From Candidatus Xenobia bacterium (GTDB lineage: Bacteria > Vulcanimicrobiota > Xenobia > Xenobiales > QWHO01), in NCBI GenBank assembly GCA_045863235.1, contig BTUM01000012.1, positions 60,594 to 124,593 of the forward strand: a stretch of DNA of 64,000 nucleotides, read 5' to 3'. A program made the position numbers and the translations under genes. The notes beneath the pieces were generated by a model. The model was not told the DNA's origin and did no database searches. It saw only the letters and a program-made list of their open reading frames with translations. Shown here one piece after another: positions 25,785-34,318 of the stretch; positions within the stretch are counted from its first letter, which is position 1, and each line of letters starts with the position of its first letter.

Positions 25785-26786
25785 GTGTCCGAGTTTCGCC
25801 AGAATCCAGCCACCCGGGAATGGATCCTGTTCGCCCCCGAGCGCTCCCGCCGGCCAGCGAAAAAGCAACGGCGGCCTCCCACCCCGCCCCGCCTGGTCCA
25901 TGATCCCGAGTGCCCGCTCTGCCCGGGCCAGGAGCAAACCTGCACGCCCGGCGAGACACTGCGCTACCTGGACTCCTCCGGCGAATGGACCGTGCGCAGC
26001 TTTCCCAACAAATTCCCGGCCGTCCAGCCCAGGGAGCTGGCCGACCGCAGTGGCAGCCTGCTGGAGCGGCGCATGCCGGCCGCCGGCCATCACGAGGTGA
26101 TCTGCGAGTCGCGCCGGCACAACGCTACTCTGGCCCGCATGCAGCCGGCCGAGGTGGAGCAGGTGGTGCGGGCCTGGTATGAGCGCATCCACGCTTTGCG
26201 CCTCTACAAGCTGACCGACTATGTGAGCCTGTTCAAGAACTACGGCGTTCGGGCCGGAACCTCTCTCGAGCATCCCCACTCACAGATCGTGACTCTGCCG
26301 ATGGTGCCCTGGCAGGTTCGCCACCGCCTCGAGGGAGCGGCCCGCTACTACGACGACAACGGTCGCTGCATCTGGTGCGACCTCTTGCACGAGGAGCGCG
26401 AGGCGGGCCTGCGGCTGGTCGCGGAGCGGCCTGGATTCACCGCTTTCGTGCCCTATGCCACCTATCGGCCCAGCACCGTCTGGCTGGTCCCCCACGCCCA
26501 CGCCGGCTGCTTCAGCCTGGCCCAGCCCGACCAGCTGCCGGCTCTGGCCTCCCTGCTGCATGAGGTGCTTTACCGGCTGGACCAGGCACTGAAGGATCCC
26601 CCCTTCAACCTGGTCTTCCGGGTGGGCAGCCGGGGGCATCTACGGACCGAGTATTGCCACTGGTATCTTGCCATCGTGCCCCGGTTGAGCAAGATGTCGG
26701 GCTTTGAGCTGGGCACGGGGATGTACATCAACACCTCCTGGCCTGAGCAGGATGCCGACAAGCTGCGCACAGTGCGTTATCCCTGA
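25785..26786 (+). CDS. galT: Galactose-1-phosphate uridylyltransferase-like HIT protein
   Basis: E.R.NP.T.EW..APER..RP, CPLCPG.E, PNKFPA, HEVI.ES..H, FKNYG..AG.SLEHPHSQ, GFELGTG..IN. Confidence 0.9.
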   Translation: MSEFRQNPATREWILFAPERSRRPAKKQRRPPTPPRLVHDPECPLCPGQEQTCTPGETLRYLDSSGEWTVRSFPNKFPAVQPRELADRSGSLLERRMPAAGHHEVICESRRHNATLARMQPAEVEQVVRAWYERIHALRLYKLTDYVSLFKNYGVRAGTSLEHPHSQIVTLPMVPWQVRHRLEGAARYYDDNGRCIWCDLLHEEREAGLRLVAERPGFTAFVPYATYRPSTVWLVPHAHAGCFSLAQPDQLPALASLLHEVLYRLDQALKDPPFNLVFRVGSRGHLRTEYCHWYLAIVPRLSKMSGFELGTGMYINTSWPEQDADKLRTVRYP

Positions 26787-28201
26787 TTGACACGGGCCCG
26801 GCGCCGCCTGGAGTCGACCAGCGAGGCGGCCCCACAGACGAGCAGGGTCAAGATCAGGTAGCTGGCCGGACAGAGTGCGCCCAGCAGGACCCTCTCGCCC
26901 TTCCAGTAGCCGAAGGGCACCTCGGGCGAGGCGGCAGTGACCGATACCAGGCTGTACATCGGGGACAGGTGGACCAGGCTCCACCAGGGCGCCCAGGGGC
27001 GGTCCAGACAGAGCAGCAGGCCCACGGCCGGGGTGCCGAAAATCAGGGCCAGCCAGAAGAAGTAGAGCAGTCGGAAGGGGGCCCGGGGCCAGGCCTTAGC
27101 CACCGCCCGCACCACCGCCGAGGTCGACCACAAGATGACGATGGAGGTGCCGCTCAGACAGATCAGCATGGCCGGCTGATCGCCCTCGAGGTACGGTCCA
27201 ACGTTCAGAGCGATCATGCCCAGCGAGAACAGGACCGTCCACACCCACCAGCGCGAGCCCGGGTATCGCTCGAACTCGTGCTGATCGCGCCGGGTGCGAT
27301 ACTCGGGACGATTCAAAAAGCAGCCCAACAAGACCAGGTTGAGGGCCGAGAGCCAGCTCCACAGCTGAGCCCAATCGCTCTCCTCTTGGAAGTGCTGGCC
27401 CAGGTAGTAGGAAAAGCAGGCCACGTCGACCACATACCAGACCAGAAATAGAAGCCCCATCTGGCGGGGATAGCGGGCCCTGGGCTCGAGGTGGTTGAGG
27501 GTCTTGAGGAAGAAGAACATCGACAGGCAGAGCAGGTTGAAGGCCAGCCAGCTATAGCCTTTCCACGGGTGCTGGAAGAGGGCTTCCACCAGCGAGCTGA
27601 GCCACGGCACGGTGGCCATGAACCAGAGGAGCAGGGGGAACCCGACCGCCAGGCTGGCATAAGTCTGGGTGGTGGCATAACCGCTGCGCTTCTCGCGGGC
27701 CGAGAGCATGAGACCGAACTGCACCAGCAAGATGGTGAACCAGAAGAGGAGGAAAGCGATCAGGCCAAGTCCCTGGATGGTGCCGCCCCCCAGCACCAGG
27801 CTTAAGACTCCCATGGGAAGACCGCCCAGCAGCAGGAGGAAGGAGAGGAGCAAGGCGTGCAGCAGCTTCCCGGCCACGATCTGGGCCGGGCTGGCTCCCC
27901 CCACCAGCAACAGGTCCAGGCTGTTGCGTTCTTTCTCGCCGCTGATGGCGGCGCTGGAGAAGGCCGGTGTGACCAGCAAGAGCACGGCAGACTGCAGCAG
28001 GATCAACACTCCCACCAGTTGGGAGGCCTCCATGCGCAGCGACCAGTAGTCGGTCTGGCTGTCGAGGTTGCGCAGCGAGAAGAGGGTGACGCCGCAGGCC
28101 AGGGCCAGGTAGATCACCTGCATCCAGACGAACTTTCTCTCCCGGAGGCCAATGCGCAGCTCCTTGCGAAAAAGGGGGTTCTTGAGCCAGACAGCCTTCA
28201 C
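26777..28201 (-). CDS. ABC-2 type transporter permease
   Basis: NPL..KELR..LR, P....AISGEKER.SLDLL, IV.GKL; multiple TM helices. Confidence 0.85.
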   Translation of the reverse strand: MKAVWLKNPLFRKELRIGLRERKFVWMQVIYLALACGVTLFSLRNLDSQTDYWSLRMEASQLVGVLILLQSAVLLLVTPAFSSAAISGEKERNSLDLLLVGGASPAQIVAGKLLHALLLSFLLLLGGLPMGVLSLVLGGGTIQGLGLIAFLLFWFTILLVQFGLMLSAREKRSGYATTQTYASLAVGFPLLLWFMATVPWLSSLVEALFQHPWKGYSWLAFNLLCLSMFFFLKTLNHLEPRARYPRQMGLLFLVWYVVDVACFSYYLGQHFQEESDWAQLWSWLSALNLVLLGCFLNRPEYRTRRDQHEFERYPGSRWWVWTVLFSLGMIALNVGPYLEGDQPAMLICLSGTSIVILWSTSAVVRAVAKAWPRAPFRLLYFFWLALIFGTPAVGLLLCLDRPWAPWWSLVHLSPMYSLVSVTAASPEVPFGYWKGERVLLGALCPASYLILTLLVCGAASLVDSRRRRARVNQG

Positions 28202-29124
28202 TCCGAGCCACCGCCCCGGGTCAGGGAGAGATAGGCGCTCTCGAGGTCGGTCCGGACAGGAACCAGCTCACACGGCTCGAGATCCTGCAGGGCCAGGGTC
28301 TTGAGAAGGGCGGCGGCGGCCTGGGGTCCGCCCGCCAGGCGGAAGGAGAACAGGCCGTCTTCCAGGCACTCGAGCTCTGCGGCTCCGGCCGCCAGCAAGA
28401 GCTCGGAGGCACGCTGGGCCGAGCCCAGCACGCGCAGCTGATAGCCCTCGCAAGCGGCCCGGTGGAGCACCTCGTCCAGGGTGCCGAAGGCCACCAGCTT
28501 GCCTTCCTCGAGAATGCCGACGCGTGTGCAGAAGTCGGCCAGCTCGGGCAGGATGTGCGAGGAGACCAGGATGGTCTTGCCCATGCGGCGCAGCTCGCGC
28601 AGCAGCTCCTTGAGCTCGGAGCGGGCGCGCGGGTCGAGGCCCGAGGCGGGCTCGTCCAGAATCAGCACCTGCGGATCGTGCAGCAGGGTGCGGGCCAGGC
28701 AGAGGCGTTGGCGCATCCCTTTGGAGAGGTGCTCGGTGAAGGCCTCGCGACGCCCTCCGAGGTCGGTCAGATCGAGCACGTCGGCGATCAGGCGCTGGCG
28801 GCGGGCCGAGCCGAAGCCGTGCAGCTCGGCGAAGAGATCGAGGTACTCCCACACTTTCAGGCCATCGTAGAGCCCGAACTGGTCGGGCATGAAACCGATG
28901 GCCTGGCGCACCCTCTCGGGCTCCTCGCGCACCGAGATGCCGGCCACATAGGCCTCGCCTTCGCTTGGCTCGAGCAGGGTGGCCAGGATGCGAATGGTCG
29001 TGGTCTTGCCGGCTCCGTTGGGACCGATGAAGGCGAAGGTGTCCTGAGGCTCGATGCGCATGCTGAGCGCGTCCAGCGCCACCTGCTCGCCGTAGCGATG
29101 AGTTACTTCGACCAGCTCGATCAT
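28198..29124 (-). CDS. ABC transporter ATP-binding protein
   Basis: Walker A GPNGAGKTT, signature LSKGMRQR, Walker B LILDEP, SSH. Confidence 0.96.
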   Translation of the reverse strand: MIELVEVTHRYGEQVALDALSMRIEPQDTFAFIGPNGAGKTTTIRILATLLEPSEGEAYVAGISVREEPERVRQAIGFMPDQFGLYDGLKVWEYLDLFAELHGFGSARRQRLIADVLDLTDLGGRREAFTEHLSKGMRQRLCLARTLLHDPQVLILDEPASGLDPRARSELKELLRELRRMGKTILVSSHILPELADFCTRVGILEEGKLVAFGTLDEVLHRAACEGYQLRVLGSAQRASELLLAAGAAELECLEDGLFSFRLAGGPQAAAALLKTLALQDLEPCELVPVRTDLESAYLSLTRGGGSE

Positions 29125-30866
29125 CGGAGCAACACCGCCAGGATGTTTTCGTCGCGGCGCCGGCCCACGCCCTGGCCGGTCACCGGGTCGGGAGACTGGG
29201 CAAGAAAGCCCGTCAGCCAGAGCCCCCCACCCCGGTGTACCGTGTCGAGCAGCACTCGACGCTGTTCAGACGGATCCCGAGGGGGAGCTTTCGAGAGGGC
29301 CATCGCAATGCTCTTGCGACCCGGCTCGAGCCGGAAGAACTCGCTGGCCAGGCCTCGGTCGGAGAACTGGCACTCCTCCAGGGTGAGCCCCGAGTCGTTC
29401 TGCACGTAGCCCACCAGTCGGTCGCCCTGACGCTCGAGGACGAGGGTGACAGGGCCCGGCAGGGGGCGGCTCTCGGTCAGCAGCAGGGTGGTGCCCGACC
29501 AGGCGTTGAGCTTGAGATCGCGCATCTCCAGTCGGCCGTTGCATAGACCGGTGCCCGAGGCAATCAGGTCCTCGCCGTAGTAACTGCCAGCCGCGCTGAG
29601 GTCGGCCTCGGCGCCGCACTCGAGGGTGTAGGTCCCCTCCCAGAGGGTATCCAGGAAGACGGTCGCCTCATAGAGCCCGCGATTCTGTCCGCTCTCCAGC
29701 CGAAGCAGCCCGAACTGCTCGAGACGGGGCTCGAACCCGCGCGTCTGGGCCGTGTACAGCACGATCAGGGCCGAGAAGGTGAGCGAGAGCAGGGGCAAGG
29801 TGAGCAGCGCCCAGACCCGTCGCTGGCGCTTGCGCAGGAACCAGAAGTTGAGAGGCCCGGCCGCCAGGAAGTAGCCGCCCAGCGCCAGCGCGATGGCCGG
29901 GTAGCGAATGCGGTCGGCGTGGCTCAGGCCCCACAGCTCTTGCGGCTGCCAGCGTGGCCAGTCATTGGGCCCCCCCATGAAGATGCGGTCGAGCAGCGCG
30001 AAGCTGGTCTTCTCCCCCAGCAGCTGAGGCCGGGTCATCTCGGCGGTAATCAGGTAGACGCGGCCCAGTCCACGACCCGCCGCGATCATGAGCGGATGGC
30101 CCTCGCGCTTGACCAGCACGGTGCCGCCAGACAAAACGTTGCCGGTCAAAAGCTCGTAGCCAGCTTTCAGCGTGACGGTCCTCACCGGCTGCAGGGGAAA
30201 GAAGGCTTCCAGAGGCGTGCCGCGGTACTCGTTCGGATCGGAGGTCGCGATGAACACAAGCTCCCCGCCCGAGCGCGCGAAGTCAGCCAGAGCAGCCATC
30301 TGGAGCTCGCTCAGAGCCAGCCGGGCCCGGTCGTGAAGCACAACCCGAGACGCCCCCAGGTAGGCTCGGGCGCTCTCCGGGGCACGCAGCACGGCCCGGC
30401 TGGTGGCCAGATGATTGACGCGCAGCTCGTGGGCGTTGACCAGCCCCAGCAGGCTCGGCTCGGGGCTGAGCACCAGGGTGGCGTTGCTCAGATAGCGGAG
30501 CTCGAGGCTCTGGACCGCCCGCAACTTGCCCTCCACCAGCAGCTTGAGCTCGAGCTTGAGGCGATCATGGCGAGGCTGCAGGTTGACACGCAGATCGGTG
30601 TGGCGACGAGAGCCGGCCGGCAGCTCCAGCTCCACCCAACCGGCCAGCTCCCCGTCCGGGAAACGCGCTTCCAGGCGGCCCTGGACGGTTCTTCCTGTCT
30701 GGTTGGAGACCTCGGCGTAGAGGCCCGGGGTGCCGACCGAGACAGGCTGGCCGAAATAACTGTCGACCCTGAGCTCGAAGTCATCCGCGGCCCCGGCAGG
30801 CATGCAGCCCAGCCAGACGAGAATGAGCCAGCATGATGAGAGGCGCGCGATGAGCCAGACCAGAAC
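29121..30866 (-). CDS. ABC-associated membrane protein (extracellular domain, GATase-like segment, two TM helices); start uncertain
   Basis: Signal-like segment ending AGAADD, L..F...GG.LV, G.GRV, GPLNFWFLRK...W...P; its stop overlaps the ABC ATPase start. Confidence 0.7.
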   Translation of the reverse strand, partial: VLVWLIARLSSCWLILVWLGCMPAGAADDFELRVDSYFGQPVSVGTPGLYAEVSNQTGRTVQGRLEARFPDGELAGWVELELPAGSRRHTDLRVNLQPRHDRLKLELKLLVEGKLRAVQSLELRYLSNATLVLSPEPSLLGLVNAHELRVNHLATSRAVLRAPESARAYLGASRVVLHDRARLALSELQMAALADFARSGGELVFIATSDPNEYRGTPLEAFFPLQPVRTVTLKAGYELLTGNVLSGGTVLVKREGHPLMIAAGRGLGRVYLITAEMTRPQLLGEKTSFALLDRIFMGGPNDWPRWQPQELWGLSHADRIRYPAIALALGGYFLAAGPLNFWFLRKRQRRVWALLTLPLLSLTFSALIVLYTAQTRGFEPRLEQFGLLRLESGQNRGLYEATVFLDTLWEGTYTLECGAEADLSAAGSYYGEDLIASGTGLCNGRLEMRDLKLNAWSGTTLLLTESRPLPGPVTLVLERQGDRLVGYVQNDSGLTLEECQFSDRGLASEFFRLEPGRKSIAMALSKAPPRDPSEQRRVLLDTVHRGGGLWLTGFLAQSPDPVTGQGVGRRRDENILAVLLR

Positions 30867-31058
30867 TTTGCGAGAAGTCCGGCCGCAAAACCCCTCGTGG
30901 TGGCGGAGGGACCCTCCACCACCACAAGATATTGCAGGCGGCCGGACTTGTCGCACAATCTGTTGGGCGTCGCGCAGCCGGAAAACTGTGCCAAGGGGGG
31001 GTCCGACCGCGCACCTGGAGCAACGGAGGCGCACTGCCAACCCATTGGACTTCAGAGG

Positions 31059-31901
31059 GTGAACTCCTTGTGGTGGCTGGTGCTGGTGGCGGCCTTGCTG
31101 GCTCCTGCCCGGGCCCAGGAGCTGGTCGGAGCCCTGCAGCCCATCGAGCCAACCTCCCTGGTGTGCGAGCACCTCGTGGTGCGGGTGACCCCGTCCCCCT
31201 CGGGCGCCCGGGTTGAGCTGGACGCCACGCTGCACAATCCCCTCAAGCAGCAGAGCGAAGCCAACCTGATGCTGCTGGACGCCGCTGAGCTGCAGGTTCT
31301 GCGGGCCGGTGCCCCGGTCAAGCTCGAAATGGTGGAGGCGCGCGAGCACAAGGTGGCCACCTTCCTCGTACGCCTCGATCCGGGCGAGCGAATGCGATTG
31401 TCAGCCCGCTGGAGCTCCCCGGGTCGCTCCTTACGACTCAAACTGCCCGAGCCCGGGTCCTGGAACGGCTACGAGAGCTGCACCCTCTTCGTGACCGCCC
31501 GGCCCACCTGGCAACTGGCCGTGAGCCCGCCGGTGGCCAGGCTCTACTCCACGGTCGAGGACGATGTCTACGGAGCCTCCCTGGGGCCCAACCAGGCTGG
31601 CTGGGTGGATGTCGAGGTGAGCTACCAGGGGCCCCCAATCTGGCTGTTTCTGATCGTCTTGCCGGCCGCCGCCAGCCTGGCCGCCGGAGCTCTGGCGCTG
31701 GCCTGGCCCGGCCCCCCGGCCAGGCGGGCGGTAGGGCTGGCCTACCTGATCAACGGGCCGCTCTACCTGTGGCTGCTCGGGGAAGGCTATACCGCCTGGC
31801 AGCCAGGGCCCATTTCCCTGTTCGTCTGCTTCGCCGCCGGGCCGGTGGCGGCAGCACTCTACTCGGTGCTTGGATTTCCCCGCCGCGGGATCATCCGCTA
31901 A
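31059..31901 (+). CDS. Exported/membrane hypothetical protein
   Basis: Signal peptide (V)NSLWWLVLVAALLAPARA and three C-terminal hydrophobic segments. Confidence 0.65.
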   Translation: MNSLWWLVLVAALLAPARAQELVGALQPIEPTSLVCEHLVVRVTPSPSGARVELDATLHNPLKQQSEANLMLLDAAELQVLRAGAPVKLEMVEAREHKVATFLVRLDPGERMRLSARWSSPGRSLRLKLPEPGSWNGYESCTLFVTARPTWQLAVSPPVARLYSTVEDDVYGASLGPNQAGWVDVEVSYQGPPIWLFLIVLPAAASLAAGALALAWPGPPARRAVGLAYLINGPLYLWLLGEGYTAWQPGPISLFVCFAAGPVAAALYSVLGFPRRGIIR

Positions 31902-32000
31902 TCCGGGCGCCGCCGGGCATGGCGGCGAAGCTGAAGCGTGTGGACGGAAAGGAGGATTTTCAAGCGGTGCAGAAAACCCGGCCGCGGAGGTCGGCTTGAA

Positions 32001-32531
32001 ATGAAGAGATTTACCAACATGATCCTGGTCGCGTGCCTGATTGCGGCCACTCGCGTGGCCAGCTACGGCGAAGATTGGACCATTACGCCCGGTCAGAGCG
32101 TCGGCCCGGTCAAGCTCGGCATGCGGCTCACCGAGGTGGAGGCCTCCAGCAAGCTCCTGCCTGGCGGCACCGGAAGCCTCATCCGCAAGGACACCCAGAC
32201 CACCTTCACGCCCAAGGGACAGATGAAGATCGTCTACACCCGCTACGGCGGCATCGAGGTGCAGTGGGACCCGCGGGCGGTCCAGATCATCGTCACCCAG
32301 CCCAAAACCACCACGGCCCAGGGACGCTCGGTGAACCTGGTGGGGCCGGGCGGCGTGCGGGTGGGCAGCAGCCTGCAGGACATGGAGCAGGCTCTCGGTC
32401 GCACCTACGAGTCGCGCGAGCTCAAGCCCCAGAAGGGGGTCTACATGTACCGCTACCTCGACAAGAACATCGGCTGCGTGGTCAAGGGCGGCAAGGTGGT
32501 CAGCATCAACATCTGGCCGGGGAAGCAGTAG
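32001..32531 (+). CDS. Secreted hypothetical protein
   Basis: RBS GGAGG, signal peptide, internal duplication I.PG.SVG.VKLGM / GVRVGSS...E..LG. Confidence 0.75.
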   Translation: MKRFTNMILVACLIAATRVASYGEDWTITPGQSVGPVKLGMRLTEVEASSKLLPGGTGSLIRKDTQTTFTPKGQMKIVYTRYGGIEVQWDPRAVQIIVTQPKTTTAQGRSVNLVGPGGVRVGSSLQDMEQALGRTYESRELKPQKGVYMYRYLDKNIGCVVKGGKVVSINIWPGKQ

Positions 32532-33465
32532 TCCGCAAAACCACTTTCCCGAAGGCACCGCTCTCCATGACCGCCCGGTGGGCGGCCGGTGCCTCCTCCA
32601 GAGCAAAGGTCTTGCCCACCACGGGCGCAAGCATCTTGCACTCCAATCCGGCCCGAATGGCGGCGTGAATCTGGCCCAGCTCCTCGGCGCTGGCGTTGGC
32701 CAGAGACAGGCCCAGCACACTCAGATCGCCGCTCATCGTCCAGCGAGGATCGATCTCGATCTTGCCCCGGCTGCCGATCACCACCACACGCCCGCGCGGG
32801 GCCAGCAGCGACAGGTCGTTCTCCAGGTTGACATTGGCCAGCATCTCCAGGATCAGATTGGGACGCAGAGCGCGCACCTCGTCGAGGTAGCCGGGCGCGG
32901 CGTGATTGAAGACGTGGTGGGCTCCCAGACGGAGGACCAGGTCGAGCCCCGGCTCGGTGGAGGCGGTGCCCAGCACCGTCAGGCCGGCCGCGCGAGCCCA
33001 CTGCACGGCCGCCTGGCCGACTCCGCCACTGGCCCCGTGCACCAGCACGGTCTCGCCAGGGCGAGCGTGAGCGCGCAGGAAAAGGGCCCGGTAGGCAGTG
33101 CCGTAGGGGACATAGAGTCCAGCCCCCTGCTCGAAGCTGGTGGACTCGGGCAGCGGATGGACCTGCTCGGGAGCGCACAGAGCGAACTCGGCATAGGTGC
33201 CGGTCAGGCTGCCGGCCAGGTAGACCCGCGCGCCGGGCTCGAAACCGGGCCCCGAGCGCACCACACCGGCCGCGTCCGTGCCCGGCGTGTAGGGTAGCTG
33301 AGGCAGCCGTCCGTACTTGCCCGAGCGGATGTAGGTGTCCACCGGATTGACCCCGGTGGCGTGCACCTCCACCAGTACCTGCTCAGGGCCGGGGACCGGG
33401 TCGGGCCGCTCCTCCACCGTCATGACCTCGGGCTCGCCAAACTCGCTGACCACAATCGCTCTCAT
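32506..33465 (-). CDS. NADPH:quinone reductase (zeta-crystallin/MDR family)
   Basis: GVNPVDTY.RSG.Y, PYTPG.D.AG, TAYRAL, VLVHGASGGVG, GKVVL. Confidence 0.93.
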   Translation of the reverse strand: MRAIVVSEFGEPEVMTVEERPDPVPGPEQVLVEVHATGVNPVDTYIRSGKYGRLPQLPYTPGTDAAGVVRSGPGFEPGARVYLAGSLTGTYAEFALCAPEQVHPLPESTSFEQGAGLYVPYGTAYRALFLRAHARPGETVLVHGASGGVGQAAVQWARAAGLTVLGTASTEPGLDLVLRLGAHHVFNHAAPGYLDEVRALRPNLILEMLANVNLENDLSLLAPRGRVVVIGSRGKIEIDPRWTMSGDLSVLGLSLANASAEELGQIHAAIRAGLECKMLAPVVGKTFALEEAPAAHRAVMESGAFGKVVLRTTASPARC

Positions 33466-33514
33466 GCAGATGGCTTCGCGAAGGAAAAGCGAGCCTCCCT
33501 GCAAACAGCAGCCC

Positions 33515-34177
33515 ATGACTTTCAAGGCTCTGCCGCTGACCCCGGTCCTGCTCGACTACCTGCGCAGCGTTTCCTTGCGCGAGACCGACCTGATGCGCAG
33601 ACTGCGCGATGAGACGGCCCGGTTGCCTTACGCCCAGATGCAGATCGCTCCTGAGCAGGGCCAGTTCATGGCCTTGCTGGTCGAGCTCATGGGGGCCCGC
33701 CGGGCGCTGGAGGTCGGGGTGTTCACCGGCTACAGCAGCCTGGCGGTGGCCCGGGCCTTGCCCGAGGATGGCCGCTTGATCGCCTGCGACATCAGCGAGG
33801 AGTGGACCAACATCGCCCGCCGCTACTGGGCCGAGGCCGGGGTGGCCCACAAGATCGACCTGCGGCTGGCCCCGGCCCTCCAGACCCTGGACGGCCTGCT
33901 GGCCGAGGGGCAGCACAACACCTTCGACTTCGCCTTCCTGGATGCCGACAAGGTCAGCTACGCCGACTACTACGAGCGCATGCTCGAGCTGGTGCGACCC
34001 GGGGGACTCGTGCTGGTGGACAACGTGCTCTGGTCGGGCGACGTGGCCGATCCGGCGGTGCAGGACCGGGACACGCTGGCTCTGCGGACCTTCAACCAGC
34101 GGTTGCACCAGGATCAGCGCATCAGCCTCTCACTCTTGCCCCTGGCCGACGGGGTGACGCTGGCTCGCAAGCGCTGA
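33515..34177 (+). CDS. Class I SAM-dependent O-methyltransferase (caffeoyl-CoA OMT-like)
   Basis: MQIAPEQGQF, LEVGVFTGYS, FDFAFLDADK, GGL.LVDNVLW.G, DG.TLA. Confidence 0.93.
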   Translation: MTFKALPLTPVLLDYLRSVSLRETDLMRRLRDETARLPYAQMQIAPEQGQFMALLVELMGARRALEVGVFTGYSSLAVARALPEDGRLIACDISEEWTNIARRYWAEAGVAHKIDLRLAPALQTLDGLLAEGQHNTFDFAFLDADKVSYADYYERMLELVRPGGLVLVDNVLWSGDVADPAVQDRDTLALRTFNQRLHQDQRISLSLLPLADGVTLARKR

Positions 34178-34277
34178 CCAGGACCGAGTAGTATATTTCT
34201 ACCGGAGGCATGGTAGGCATTTTGAGCCTTTGCCGAGGGGCAGGTTCCAGGGTATCCTGAGGCCAGAGAAAAGCTTC

Positions 34278-34316
34278 GACCCTCTGCGGGTGACCCCCCC
34301 CCGACCGCAGGGGGTC
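34278..34316. terminator. Hairpin between convergent genes
   Basis: GACCCTCTGCGG...CCGCAGGGGGTC. Confidence 0.55.
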
Positions 34317-34318
34317 AT